Shown: positions 21,190-31,880 of the stretch, piece by piece | Layout of the letters: every line of letters begins with the position of its first letter | Numbering within the stretch: position 1 is the first letter of the stretch | Assembly (NCBI GenBank): GCA_965218795.1 | Contig: OZ244653.1 | Coordinates: forward strand, 2,176,001-2,240,000 | Length of the DNA: 64,000 nucleotides | DNA from: a bacterium | GTDB lineage: Bacteria; UBA8248; JACPRG01; G963555815 | Direction of reading: 5' to 3' | The notes under the pieces: model-generated | Told to the model about the DNA's origin: nothing | Databases searched by the model: none | What the model saw: only the letters and a program-made list of their open reading frames with translations | Position numbers and translations under genes: made by a program

Positions 21190-21720
21190 TTAGCTGTTGA
21201 GGGTTCGTTTCCAATTTTTTCTGAGGGGGCGAAGCCAGATGTCCTTTTTCGGTTGGGCGCGTTTCGTGTGCCTGTCGTAGCGTCCGCGTCCCTGGGTGGT
21301 TCCGACATGGATCCAGCCCGATGCCCTGTAGACGGCGCCGGTGTATCGCGGTGTCTGGACGAAGGTCTCGATGAGCACGGGGGTTGTGTTGTAGCGCCCG
21401 GTCCAGTCCTCGGGCAGGCGACGGCGGACGATGGCGAGGATGTACGAACCGAGGTTGGGGATCTTGATCCAGGGTAGGATGAGGAATCTCGGGTTGTCGA
21501 CCACGAGGGGGAGGTTCTTCTCGCGCAGTTGCGGCGTCCAACCGATGAAGCGGTCTCGAGGGGCCAGCTTCCACGCGGCGGTGCTGAAGCCGAGCATGGC
21601 GAGCGGCCAACCGTCGCGGTCGTGGACGGCGTAGCGCATCTGGGCGCCGACGAGGGTCTTGTAGCCGAGATAGTGGTAGCGGGCGACGAACTCTGAGAAT
21701 TTGCTCGGCCACGGGCACAT
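21190..21720 (-). pseudogene. DUF4338 (DruA-like) domain, IS-associated subtype, 5'-truncated
   Basis: YHYLGYK..VGAQMRY, AAWKLAPRDRFIGW, NPRFLILPW, PVLIETFV, GAVYRASGW..GTTQGRGR. Confidence 0.75.
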
Positions 21721-22242
21721 GCTTTTCAAATTTTCCCTTTTCCCCGATACCCAGCACCAGGAACATGTTGGGCGCATTCGTATCCAGGAGAAACACCGCA
21801 ATCTCGACCTTCTTCCCCGTTAGCGCCAGGCGCGGTTTTGTTCGTCTTGTTGTTTGACCGCCTCTAAGACCAGGACAAGACCCGCTCCGGCAGCGCTCGC
21901 ACCGCCGTACGTCCCGGAAACGAGGCGTTTGGTGATCGGGTTCCGCGGGCCAAGAGTACTGAAGGTGGACCGTCCGCCCCTTCGTGCCGCGGGATGGATT
22001 TCAGCATCCCGATGCGGGGGGTGGAAAGTTGTTGACGCCGGATTCAAATGGATGTTGAATGATTCCAGGGGTAAAATAAAGATCGGGAATCCAGCGTTAA
22101 GAATCGATCGGGGAAGCTCCGCATAGATTTCTTTACGTCTGTGCAATTCGCCAAATTCAGGATGGGTGTTGTCGATGAAGAGAAAGGCATCCTGACCATG
22201 AGGCGATTAACCGATGCGTTCATCGCAAGGAGGGTGGGGGCC

Positions 22243-23958
22243 ATGGATCCGTTTGAATTCGACCGATTCCAAACTGAGGTAGAGGACGAGGGCGAGAACA
22301 GGGGGCTGCGCCCCTGGATCAATCGGCGGCAGTTCATGAAGTGGGCGGGACTTCTCGGCGCCAACACCATCTTCCTGACAACCGCCGGGAGGGGATGGGG
22401 GGCGAATGCCCAGCCGGGAAAACCCGTGCCGCCCTTCGAAGCCTGGTATTACACCTATCCGGAGTGGATTGAGTTCTGGCGGTACACCCCTATTGATCTC
22501 AAGCCGCTTGGAATCCAAATCAAGCCGAACTCGGGTACGCTGATCACGATTCTCGGCCGGGTGCTCCGGCAGAGGAAGTACGGCGACATGGTGACCTTCT
22601 CCTGGGTGGCGAACCCGGAACGGGTCGACCCCAACTTCTGGCTGAAGCACCTTCTCCATTCCAAGGGGGGCCGGAACTACGTCCATTACTCCAACCCCGA
22701 ATTCGATCGGGTCGTGGAAGCGCAGGCATCGGAGATGGACCCCGAGAAGCGGCGGGAGCTCGTGTGGAAGGCCCAGGAGATTGCCGCCAAGGATCACGCC
22801 AAGATGTATCTGGCGCACCCCGACGAGGTCCACGCCTACAACGACAAGGATTGGGCGGACGCCTCTCCCGGCCTGGGCGCGGCGCTCAACTTCGGAAACA
22901 TCTGGCACTATTTGAATTTTCGCCCTCTCAAGGACCGGAAGGTTTTTCGCTGCGCGGCCATCGGCGACATCGACACCCTGAATATCTTCAACACCTCGAG
23001 CGGCACGAACATCCAGTTGCTCCGGTTCATCTACGACCCCTTCGTGCGGTACACGACGGACTTCAAAGTCATTCCGTGGGCAGCTGAGTCCTGGGATGTC
23101 GTCAATCCGACAACCGTCGACATTGTTCTGCGGTCGGGAATGAAGTTTCACGACGGCAAGCCGGTCACCATCGCCGACGTGAAGTTCACGATGGATTATC
23201 TGAAGAAGTGGAATTTCCCCTTCTTCAAGTTTGCCGTGAATTACGAGCGGACCGAAGTGATGGGCGACCGCCGCCTGCGATTCCATCTCAGCAAGCCGCA
23301 CGCCGGCTTCGTCACGGTGGATCTGTCCTTCCTGGTCATCCTGCCCAAGCACATCTGGCAGGACATTCCCAAGCGCGCCGGGTTGGCCGATCCGCGCAAG
23401 TGGGCCGTGTATCCCGAGACCGTCGGCACCGGTCCGTTCAAGCTCAAGCGCTGGCGGAAGGGGGAAGGCCTGGTGATGGAGGCCAACAAGGAGCATTTCC
23501 ATCCCCCCAAGGCGGACGGGTTCATCTACCGGCCCGTTTCCACGGTCGAGGCCCAGGTGGGGATGCTGGAAACGGGGGAGATCGACATGACGACCGGCGC
23601 CCTGGCGCTGACGCCCGAAGTGGCCAATCGCCTGTCCGAGCGTCCCAACATCTCCGTCGCCAAGTCGAAGTCCTACAAGCTTTGGTACCTGGGGCTGAAT
23701 CTGAAGCGACAGCCCTTCAAGGACGTGGAGTTCCGCCGCGCCCTCAACCACGCCATTGACCGAAGGAAGTTCGTCGACATCGCGTTGCGAGGAGGCGGCA
23801 CCCCGGCCAAGGCGACGCCCATTTCGCCGGTCCTGCAGCCTTGGCATAACCCGAACCTGCCGCTGCCGGAGTTCAATATCGACAAGGCCCGGGAGATCCT
23901 GAAGAATGCGGGCTATACCTGGGATCGCCGGGGACGTCTCGTGATGCCCGAGGCGTGA
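22243..23958 (+). CDS. Tat-exported ABC substrate-binding protein, family 5 (apparently circularly permuted)
   Basis: RRQFMK Tat motif; FHDGKPVT.ADVKFT, GTGPF, FRRALNHAIDR, YSNPEFD. Confidence 0.88.
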   Translation: MDPFEFDRFQTEVEDEGENRGLRPWINRRQFMKWAGLLGANTIFLTTAGRGWGANAQPGKPVPPFEAWYYTYPEWIEFWRYTPIDLKPLGIQIKPNSGTLITILGRVLRQRKYGDMVTFSWVANPERVDPNFWLKHLLHSKGGRNYVHYSNPEFDRVVEAQASEMDPEKRRELVWKAQEIAAKDHAKMYLAHPDEVHAYNDKDWADASPGLGAALNFGNIWHYLNFRPLKDRKVFRCAAIGDIDTLNIFNTSSGTNIQLLRFIYDPFVRYTTDFKVIPWAAESWDVVNPTTVDIVLRSGMKFHDGKPVTIADVKFTMDYLKKWNFPFFKFAVNYERTEVMGDRRLRFHLSKPHAGFVTVDLSFLVILPKHIWQDIPKRAGLADPRKWAVYPETVGTGPFKLKRWRKGEGLVMEANKEHFHPPKADGFIYRPVSTVEAQVGMLETGEIDMTTGALALTPEVANRLSERPNISVAKSKSYKLWYLGLNLKRQPFKDVEFRRALNHAIDRRKFVDIALRGGGTPAKATPISPVLQPWHNPNLPLPEFNIDKAREILKNAGYTWDRRGRLVMPEA

Positions 23959-24090
23959 TGCCTCCGGCCGGATCCGTTCGAGCGACTGTCTGAAGCGGGA
24001 GAGGCCCCACGGGGGCCCTCCCGTTGCTCTCTCTTCGCCTTCTGCTGAAAGTCCGGCGGGGGGGCGTCTCCTTCCCAAAGGCAAAACGGA

Positions 24091-25065
24091 ATGGGACCGC
24101 GCGGCTTTTTCATTCGACGGCTCGTCCAGACCCTTGTCCTTCTCTGGGTCGTGCTCACCTTGATGTTCTTTCTCTTCCGGATGATGCCCGGAGATCCAGT
24201 CTCCATGCTGGTCAGCCTGGATCTGGATGAGACGGCCCAAGAACGGATCCGGGCGGATTGGGGGCTCGACCAGCCGGTTTACGTTCAGTACGGGCGTTAC
24301 TTGCAAAACCTGCTCAAGGGCGACTGGGGGACCTCCTTCTATTACGCCAGACCCGTGTGGGAATCCGTCTCCGTCCAGCTCCGGAACACCTTGATCCTCA
24401 TGGTGATCAGTGTGTTGATGGCCTTGGCCTTGAGCATTCCCATCGGGGCCTTTCTGGGGTGGAAACGCGGTAAGCGAATCGAGCGGCTGGGGGTCCTCCT
24501 TCCCTTGGCCATTCGGTCGATTCCCATCTTCTGGGCCGGAATTCTCCTCCTCATGGTTTTCGCGTTCTGGCTCAGGGCCTTCCCCGTCGGGGGAATGCTC
24601 TCCCCAACGTTTTCTCAACCCCCGTTCCCGAGGTTCCTCTTGACGGCGGATTTCCTGCGCCATCTCTTTCTGCCGTTCGTTTGCGCCACCCTGTTCCTGA
24701 TGCCCGAACCTCTGATGATCATGCGGACAAGCACGCTGGAGGTGAAGGGCGAAGAGTTCCTGGAGCTTCTCAAGGCCAAGGGAATGTCCGAGGCAGGGGT
24801 GATCCGTCATGCAGCCCGGAATTCTCTCCTGCCCGTCATCTCCTGGACTACCCTGATGGCGAGTTTCGCATTCGGGGGACAGGTCCTGTTGGAGGTTGTG
24901 TTCTCCTGGCCGGGGATCGGGCGCGAAATGGTTCTGGCGGTCTCGCGCCAGGATTTTCCCGTGGCCCAGGCGACCTTCTTCCTCATGGCGTTCGTGGTCA
25001 TCGTGATGAACCTCATCCTGGACATGGTCTATGGATTCCTGGATCCCCGGATCGTCTATAAGTGA
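24091..25065 (+). CDS. Peptide/nickel ABC permease (DppB-like)
   Basis: MPGDP, GLDQP..VQY, GDWGTS, KAKG, RHAARN, EVVFSWPGIG, LDPRI. Confidence 0.92.
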   Translation: MGPRGFFIRRLVQTLVLLWVVLTLMFFLFRMMPGDPVSMLVSLDLDETAQERIRADWGLDQPVYVQYGRYLQNLLKGDWGTSFYYARPVWESVSVQLRNTLILMVISVLMALALSIPIGAFLGWKRGKRIERLGVLLPLAIRSIPIFWAGILLLMVFAFWLRAFPVGGMLSPTFSQPPFPRFLLTADFLRHLFLPFVCATLFLMPEPLMIMRTSTLEVKGEEFLELLKAKGMSEAGVIRHAARNSLLPVISWTTLMASFAFGGQVLLEVVFSWPGIGREMVLAVSRQDFPVAQATFFLMAFVVIVMNLILDMVYGFLDPRIVYK

Positions 25066-25966
25066 GGCCCCGGCCGTCCAGGCGACCGCCGAGCCGTCGG
25101 CGTCCCGGAAAGGCCTCGGCGCGGCGGTCAAGCTGATCCGCCGCGAGCCCGCCGGTGTCCTGGCCTGTGTCCTCCTGCTCGTTTTTTTCCTGTTTGCCCT
25201 TGCACCCCAGGCTTTCGTCCGTTATGAGCCCATGTCCTATCAGTACCGCGCGGACCGCTCGCTGGACGCGCTGACGCCTCCCTCGTCCAAGCACTGGCTG
25301 GGGACCACTTTTTACGGTCGGGACGTATTCAGCCTGACCATCGCGGGATCCCGCGTGGCCATCATCGTCGGGATGATTTCCGCCTTGTTCATTATCATCA
25401 TCGGGACGAACATCGGGCTCCTGGCGGGCTATTTCGGCGGGCGGGTGGACGACGCCCTCATGCGCCTGACGGACGTGGCCTTCAGCATCCCTTTCATCCC
25501 CTTTGCGATCGTGCTCGCGGGGCTTTTCGGGCCCAGTCTGTTCAACATCATCTTTTCGATCTCCATTCTGATGTGGCGCACCTGCGCGCGGGTCATCCGT
25601 GCCCAGGTGCTGAGTCTGAAGGAACGGCCTTTCGTCCTGGCGGTCCGGGCGGCCGGAGGGGGCCATCTCCGCATCCTTTACGGTCATCTGCTTCCGAACG
25701 TTCTGCCTCTTGCACTGTTGTACGGGGCCTTCGGCGTGGCCTGGGCGGTGATCGCCGAGGCGGGCGTCAGCTTTCTGGGCTTCGGGGATCCTCTGGTGGT
25801 GAGCTGGGGACAGATGATTCACCTGGCCTTCGTGACGGCAACCATCCGAAAGGCCTGGTGGTGGGTCGTGCCGCCGGGTCTCTGCATTGTGCTCTTTGTC
25901 ATTTCCTGCTTTTTGATTGGACGGGTGATCGAGGAAATCGTCTTCCCACGCCTGCGGGAGAAGTAG
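25031..25966 (+). CDS. Peptide/nickel ABC permease (DppC-like); start uncertain (25031 or 25058)
   Basis: PPS..HWLGT...GRD, AGYFGG, EAGVSFLG, SWG, WWW..PPG. Confidence 0.9.
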   Translation: MDSWIPGSSISEAPAVQATAEPSASRKGLGAAVKLIRREPAGVLACVLLLVFFLFALAPQAFVRYEPMSYQYRADRSLDALTPPSSKHWLGTTFYGRDVFSLTIAGSRVAIIVGMISALFIIIIGTNIGLLAGYFGGRVDDALMRLTDVAFSIPFIPFAIVLAGLFGPSLFNIIFSISILMWRTCARVIRAQVLSLKERPFVLAVRAAGGGHLRILYGHLLPNVLPLALLYGAFGVAWAVIAEAGVSFLGFGDPLVVSWGQMIHLAFVTATIRKAWWWVVPPGLCIVLFVISCFLIGRVIEEIVFPRLREK

Positions 25967-25968
25967 CC

Positions 25969-26985
25969 ATCGCGCTTCTGGAAGTCAACGATCTCAAGGT
26001 GTACTACCGGCTCGGCGAGCGGACGGTCCGGGCCGTGGACGGCGTCTCCTTCGAGGTCAAGGAGGGGGAGTATTTTGGGATTGTCGGAGAGTCGGGCTGC
26101 GGCAAGTCGACCTTGGCCAAGGCCCTTCTGCGGATTCTTGCGCCGACGGCCGAGATTCCCACCGGAGAGGTCCGCTTGGAGGGACGGGACCTCCTCGGCC
26201 TTTCGGAGGCCAAGATGAGGCAGGTCCGATGGAAGAAAATTTCCATGATCACCCAGAGCGCCCTGAACGCCCTGGATCCGGTCGCGACGGTCGGACACCA
26301 GGTCGTCGAGGCCATCCGGCTCCACGAGAACGTGAGGAAAGAGGAGGCCTTGCACCAGACACATGCACTGTTCGAACTCGTGGGGCTGGACCCGGGCCGG
26401 CACCGCAACTATCCCCATCAGTTCAGCGGAGGGATGCGGCAGCGGGTCATCATCGCAATGGCCCTGGTGCTCAATCCCAGCATCGTGATCGCGGATGAGC
26501 CCACCACGGCTCTGGATCTTGTGGTCCAGGATCAGATTTTCGCCAAGATTCGTGAGCTCCACAGCGCCGGGAAGCGCTCCATGATCCTGATTACCCACGA
26601 CATCTCGCTGATCGCGGAGAATTGCGACCGAGTCGCAGTGATGTACGGCGGGCGGATCATGGAGATGGCCGACGCCGTATCCGTCTTCTCCCGCGCCTAT
26701 CACCCGTACACCCTGGGATTGCAGAACGCCGTACCCCTCGTGCGCGGACCGAAGAAGGCCCTCATCTCCATTCCGGGCAGACCCCCGCCCCTCGACGCGC
26801 CCATGCCCGGGTGCCCCTTTGTCGATCGATGCCCTTTTGCCACGGACCGATGCCGGGAAGAGGAACCCCGCCCCCGTTCCGTTGCGCCCGGTCATTGGGT
26901 GGCCTGCCATCACACCGATAAGGCCGAGGAGATTCGGGACAGGGCGGTTCAAATCGAGACATGGCGCCGACTGGAGGCGCGTTGA
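25969..26985 (+). CDS. Peptide ABC ATP-binding protein (DppD-like); apparent ATC start
   Basis: [35 protein letters not shown]-terminal Cys motif. Confidence 0.9.
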   Translation: MALLEVNDLKVYYRLGERTVRAVDGVSFEVKEGEYFGIVGESGCGKSTLAKALLRILAPTAEIPTGEVRLEGRDLLGLSEAKMRQVRWKKISMITQSALNALDPVATVGHQVVEAIRLHENVRKEEALHQTHALFELVGLDPGRHRNYPHQFSGGMRQRVIIAMALVLNPSIVIADEPTTALDLVVQDQIFAKIRELHSAGKRSMILITHDISLIAENCDRVAVMYGGRIMEMADAVSVFSRAYHPYTLGLQNAVPLVRGPKKALISIPGRPPPLDAPMPGCPFVDRCPFATDRCREEEPRPRSVAPGHWVACHHTDKAEEIRDRAVQIETWRRLEAR

Positions 26986-27987
26986 ATGACCCAGGCGCAA
27001 GAGAAGGTCGGCGTCCGAATCCAAGACCTGCGAAAGCACTTCCCGCTGCATCATGGATTCCTGGCCTCGGTTTTCTCCCAGGGAGAGGGTCCGACGCTTC
27101 GGGCGGTGGACGGGGTCAATCTCGCCATCGCCCCCGGCGAGATCGTGGGCGTGGCCGGAGAAAGCGGCTCGGGAAAAACCACCCTCGGGATGACCATCGT
27201 CCGCTTGTATGAGCCGACGGAGGGGGCCATCCTGTTCGGGGAGCAGGACATCTCTCACCTTCAGGGCGAGGCGCTGAAGGCGTTCCGGAGGGAGGCCCAG
27301 ATTGTATTCCAGGATCCATACGGCTCCCTGGATCCCCGATTGAACATCTTCGACACGGTGGCCGAATCCCTTCGAATCCACGGGGTTCGGAACCGAGGGG
27401 AGCTGACCGACCGGGTTTCGCTGTCCTTGCAGCGCGTCCGTCTGGATCCGTCGAGAGAGTTCGTCCGGCGTTTTCCCCACGAGCTCTCTGGCGGCCAACG
27501 GCAACGGGTGGCCATCGCCCGAGCCATTGTGCTCGAGCCCCGGTTCCTCGTCGCCGATGAGCCCGTTTCCATGCTCGATGTCTCGGTGAGAGCCGGGATC
27601 ATCGAGATTTTGAACGGGCTTTCGGAGTCCATGGGTCTCACGATGCTCTACATCTCCCATGACCTTTCGACCATCCGATACATTTGCCACCGCACGGCCA
27701 TCATGTATCTCGGCCGCATCGTGGAAATCGGTTCCACCGAGGAGGTCATCCAGGATCCGCAACACCCCTACACAAAGGCCCTGGTGGCCGCGGTTCCCGT
27801 GGCCGATCCGCTCTTTCGAAGATCCCGGGTCGAGCTGACGGGCGCGATCCCCAGTCCCATCGATGTCCCCAAGGGGTGTGCATTCCGGGAGCGGTGCCCC
27901 AGCGCCATGAGTCACTGCGGCGCTGCCTCGCCGATGCTGAGACCCGTCCGGAATGGACGCGCTGTGGCCTGTTTTCTCTACGAGTGA
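26986..27987 (+). CDS. Peptide ABC ATP-binding protein (DppF-like)
   Basis: GESGSGKTT, FQDPY.SLDPR, PHELSGGQRQR, ADEPVSMLDVS. Confidence 0.92.
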   Translation: MTQAQEKVGVRIQDLRKHFPLHHGFLASVFSQGEGPTLRAVDGVNLAIAPGEIVGVAGESGSGKTTLGMTIVRLYEPTEGAILFGEQDISHLQGEALKAFRREAQIVFQDPYGSLDPRLNIFDTVAESLRIHGVRNRGELTDRVSLSLQRVRLDPSREFVRRFPHELSGGQRQRVAIARAIVLEPRFLVADEPVSMLDVSVRAGIIEILNGLSESMGLTMLYISHDLSTIRYICHRTAIMYLGRIVEIGSTEEVIQDPQHPYTKALVAAVPVADPLFRRSRVELTGAIPSPIDVPKGCAFRERCPSAMSHCGAASPMLRPVRNGRAVACFLYE

Positions 27988-28030
27988 AGTCATCAGGAGG
28001 ATTTCTTTTCGATCGAATGGAGGCCTTTTC

Positions 28031-29428
28031 ATGAGTTCCCCCAAACGGAAGATGGTGGAATGGATGAACGAGCGCGAGTCGCACTGGACCGACATCAGCC
28101 GAGACCTTTGGGAGCATCCGGAGCTCGCGATGGAGGAGCATTACTCTGCAGCCCTTTTGGCGGATGAACTGGAGAAGGAGGGTTTCGAGGTGGAGCGGGG
28201 CGTGGCCGAGATGCCGACGGCCTTTGTGGCCTCCTGGGGGAGCGGCTCTCCCACAATCGGCATTTTGTGCGAGTACGACGCCCTGCCGGGTCTGTCCAAC
28301 GAGGCGGTGCCGGAGCGAAGTTCGAGCGTGGAGGGGGGTCCAGGTCACGGTTGCGGCCACAACCTGATCGGGACCGGGGGCATGGCCGCGGCCGTGGCGG
28401 TTCGATCCGTTCTGGAGAAGGAGAAGTTGCCCGGAACGGTCAAGCTGTTCGGCACGCCGGCGGAGGAGACCCTAGCCGGGAAGGTCTTCATGACGCGGGA
28501 CAGGGTGTTCGAAGGGCTGGACGCCGTCCTCACCTGGCACCCGATGTGGGAGAACGAGGCCACCTTTGAGAGCTGTCTGGCCCTCTACTCGATCAAGTTC
28601 GCCTTTCAGGGACGGTCGTGTCACATTCCTTCCACGCCCGAGGCCGGAAGAAACGCCCTCGACGCCGTCGAGCTGATGAATGTGGCGGCCAACATGCGTC
28701 GCAAGCACCTTCCCCCTGGGGCGACCCTCGAATACGTCGCCCTGGAAGGCGGGAGCTTTCCGAACGTGGTTCCGGACTTGGCGGAGGCTTGGTATTACGT
28801 CCGGGCCCCCGAGGTCGGGATACTGCGCGCGGGCGTGGAGGAGCTGGAGAACGCCGCCCGGGGGGCCGCCGTGGCCACGGGAACGGAGGTGGCTTGGCGG
28901 GTGGTCACGGGTTGCTATCCTTATCTCCCCAACCGCGCCTTTGCCGAGCTTCTGTATGAGAATCTGCAAGAAGTCGGCCCCCCCCAGTATTCGGAAAAGG
29001 ATCACGCTTTTGCCAGAAATCTCCAAAAGACGTTCGCCGCTCCTCCCGGAGAGGCCCTGGACGAGGGTCTCCGACTGACGGGAGACTTCGTGGGGCCCTA
29101 CAGCCAGGATGACGGAGACCTCTCCTGGCTCTGCCCGTTGGGCCTGGTTCATACCTCCGCCTGGGTCCGCGGTGTCCCCGCGCACACCTGGCAGGTGGTG
29201 GCCACCTCCGGGATGTCCATCGGGTTCAAGGCCATGATCAGCGCCGCCAAGACGATGGCCGCGGGGGCCCTGGACCTCTTCACCCAGCCGACGCGGCTCG
29301 AAGCACTCCAGAAGGAGTTTCGCGAACGAACGGATGGATTCGAGTACGAAGGCCTGGTGTCCAAGGAGGTGAAGCCGCTTGAGGCGGATTCGCCGCCCTA
29401 TGATTTTTCGGGTTCCCGGGCCGGGTGA
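28031..29428 (+). CDS. M20-family amidohydrolase (AbgB-like), paralog 1
   Basis: WEHPEL, EYDALPG, GHGCGHN, GTPAEE, WHP, H.WQ. Confidence 0.88.
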   Translation: MSSPKRKMVEWMNERESHWTDISRDLWEHPELAMEEHYSAALLADELEKEGFEVERGVAEMPTAFVASWGSGSPTIGILCEYDALPGLSNEAVPERSSSVEGGPGHGCGHNLIGTGGMAAAVAVRSVLEKEKLPGTVKLFGTPAEETLAGKVFMTRDRVFEGLDAVLTWHPMWENEATFESCLALYSIKFAFQGRSCHIPSTPEAGRNALDAVELMNVAANMRRKHLPPGATLEYVALEGGSFPNVVPDLAEAWYYVRAPEVGILRAGVEELENAARGAAVATGTEVAWRVVTGCYPYLPNRAFAELLYENLQEVGPPQYSEKDHAFARNLQKTFAAPPGEALDEGLRLTGDFVGPYSQDDGDLSWLCPLGLVHTSAWVRGVPAHTWQVVATSGMSIGFKAMISAAKTMAAGALDLFTQPTRLEALQKEFRERTDGFEYEGLVSKEVKPLEADSPPYDFSGSRAG

Positions 29429-29485
29429 GTTCCCACGCCGGTCCGGCTGCGCTTGGAATGAAGCCGCAAGAGGAGAAGACGCCTG

Positions 29486-30868
29486 ATGGACAGATCGAAA
29501 TCGAACGCCGTGGAGTGGATCGAGGAGCGACGCGAAAGATTCACCGACATCGCCCAGCGGATCTGGGAGCACCCGGAACTCGCGATGGAGGAGCATTTTT
29601 CCGCAGCCCTTTTGGCGGATGAGTTGGAGCAGGAAGGTTTCACGATGGAGCGGGGCGTGGCCGAGATGCCGACGGCTTTTGTCGCCTCCTGGGGGAGCGG
29701 CTCTCCCACGATCGGCATCATGTGCGAGTACGACGCCCTGCCGGGTCTGTCCAACGAAGCGGTGCCGGAGCGAAAGCCGATCGTGGAGGGGGGGCCGGGT
29801 CACGGTTGCGGTCACAACCTGATCGGAACCGGGAGCATGGCCGCCGCCATGGCGGTTCGCTCCGTCCTGGAGAAGGAGAAGCTGCCCGGAACCGTCAAGC
29901 TGTTCGGCACGCCGGCAGAGGAAACCCTGGCCGGGAAGGTCTTCATGACGCGGGACAAGGTGTTCGAAGGGCTGGACGCCGCCCTTACCTGGCACCCCTA
30001 TGGCAAGAACCGCGCGACCTATGAGAGCAGCCTGGCCCTGCTGTCAGTTCGGTTCGCCTTCGAAGGAAAGACGTGTCACATTCCCTCCCGGCCCGAGGCC
30101 GGGCGCAACGCCCTGGACGCCGCCGACCTGATGAACGTGGCGGCCAACATGCGTCGCAAGCATTTCCCTCCCGGAACCACCATGGAATACGTCCTTCTGG
30201 AGGGCGGAAACTACCCGAACGTGATTCCGGACCTGGCGGAGGTGTGGTATTTCATCCGGTCGCCCGAGGTCAACCGGCTGGAGGAGGTCTTCCGGGACGT
30301 ACAGAACGCCGCCCGGGGAGCCGCTCTGGCGACCCGGACCGAAGTAAAAATGAAGATGGTCAGCGGCTGTTACGGATATCTTCCCAACAAGTCGCTGACT
30401 CGAGTCGCCTTCGAGAATTTCCAGCTCGTGGGAGCCCCCAGGTTCACCCAGGAGGAAAAGGCCCTGGCGCACGCCCTTCAGCGGACCCTGGACATCGAGA
30501 TGGAGGAGCCGCTGGATGAGGGGATCGAATTTCACGGAGATGAGGTGGGGCTCTTCTCCCAGGACGACGGGGATCTTTCCTGGCTCTGCCCGCTGACTCG
30601 AATCCGCACGTCCGCCTGGGTGGATGGCGTCCCGTCTCATACGTGGCAGACGACCGTCAGCTGCGGAACCTCGATCGGATACAAGGGGATGATGGTGGCG
30701 GCGGAGGCGATGACCCTGACGGCCCTGGACCTGTACACCCGGCCGGAAGCCCTGAAGGCGGCGAAGGAGGAATTCGATGATCGGACCCGCGGATTCGAGT
30801 ACCGCTGCCTGATCCCTCCGGACGTGAAGCCCATTGGAGACCCGCCGTCCATGCCGCTGTCTTCCTAA
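29486..30868 (+). CDS. M20-family amidohydrolase (AbgB-like), paralog 2
   Basis: Same motifs as paralog 1; near-identical 5' third. Confidence 0.88.
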   Translation: MDRSKSNAVEWIEERRERFTDIAQRIWEHPELAMEEHFSAALLADELEQEGFTMERGVAEMPTAFVASWGSGSPTIGIMCEYDALPGLSNEAVPERKPIVEGGPGHGCGHNLIGTGSMAAAMAVRSVLEKEKLPGTVKLFGTPAEETLAGKVFMTRDKVFEGLDAALTWHPYGKNRATYESSLALLSVRFAFEGKTCHIPSRPEAGRNALDAADLMNVAANMRRKHFPPGTTMEYVLLEGGNYPNVIPDLAEVWYFIRSPEVNRLEEVFRDVQNAARGAALATRTEVKMKMVSGCYGYLPNKSLTRVAFENFQLVGAPRFTQEEKALAHALQRTLDIEMEEPLDEGIEFHGDEVGLFSQDDGDLSWLCPLTRIRTSAWVDGVPSHTWQTTVSCGTSIGYKGMMVAAEAMTLTALDLYTRPEALKAAKEEFDDRTRGFEYRCLIPPDVKPIGDPPSMPLSS

Positions 30869-31149
30869 CCTGACAGAATGAAGGCATGGATCCGGGGCGG
30901 ATGCGTCGTGGCTTTCGAAGACGATACCCGCAAGGCCTTCCGGGGAGGGGGCGGGCGTCTTTGGGAATGACCATATTATCCACGCAGGCGGCGGCGATGA
31001 GGGAGATCAGGAATCCAGGCCCCATCACCTCGCCGCCGAAGCAGGTCGCGCAGAAGAAGTCCCCAGCCCGCAGATCCCCAGCGCGAACACGCCGGTAGTG
31101 CGCGCGTCGCGCCTGCGGCGAGCTCGGTGTGCTCGTAGCTCGTCGCCGA

Positions 31150-31296
31150 GGCGCCCAGCTTGCCCGCGTAGTCGTCCCGGAAGCACGCGCTCCACGCAGG
31201 CGGACGGCAAGACCTCTCCCACCACGTTGAACACGGCGTCGTCATCAAGGGCGTCGCGCGGATCCGCTGGAGCTTTTCCAACAATCGCTGGGGCAC
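31150..31296 (-). pseudogene. Fragment of an SNF2-type helicase (RM-associated)
   Basis: Across frameshifts reads QRLLEKLQ.IR/DALDDDAVFNVVGEVLP...ERVL/RD.YAGKLG. Confidence 0.5.
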
Positions 31297-31379
31297 CCGT
31301 CCCTATTCCAGATTCCTGCCCCCGACGAAGACATTCGGGAGCAGGCCGGCAGGAATGACAAGAGTTGGTGAGGCTCTCA

Positions 31380-31612
31380 ATCTTTCGGAACCGCGGCTAC
31401 GAGGATGCCGACGACTGCGACGCCTTGCGTTCGGACCCAATGTTCAAGATGGCAGTGGGGCAAGCGCCAGAAAGCGGCCGCAACCTGTGTTCGCAGCCGA
31501 CCATGAGTCGACTGGAGAACACGCCATCACGCATCGAAACGGCGCGGATGACAGCGGCGCCGGTCGATACCTTCTGCCGGAGCTTCCGCGCGCCCCCCGC
31601 CACCGTCACCCT
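31380..31612 (+). mobile_element. IS1380-family transposase fragment
   Basis: GYEDADDCDALRSDPMFKMAVG..PESG..LCSQPTMSRLEN. Confidence 0.8.
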
Positions 31613-31644
31613 CGCCGGTGGTCCCGTTTATGTTGTTCGGCTTG

Positions 31645-31880
31645 GATATAGGGAAGCTGAGGGGTGAGCTCCTGAACGTGGAGGTGTTTGAGACGCTGAA
31701 GGAAGCCCAGGTGCTGGTGCGGGAGTACAACCAGCGACGGCCTCACAGCGCCTTGGCCTACCAGCCGCCGGCGCCACAGGCCAGATTCCCAAGATCCCAA
31801 GCCCTGGCGCCGGTTCCCCGGAGTGGACTTCAAAGGGTCCCGTGTCTAACGTAGCAGGTCGTCTCGTTGGGGGGTCAGCG
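31645..31880 (+). mobile_element. IS3-family transposase 3' fragment and right end
   Basis: GKLRGELLN.EVF.TL.EA...EYN..RPHSAL.Y.PPAP, followed by a ...ggggggtca end. Confidence 0.75.

Noticed and set aside
22207-29995. Long minus-strand ORFs (974, 758 and 507 aa)
   Set aside because: Antisense shadows of the high-GC ABC and amidohydrolase genes; no motifs.
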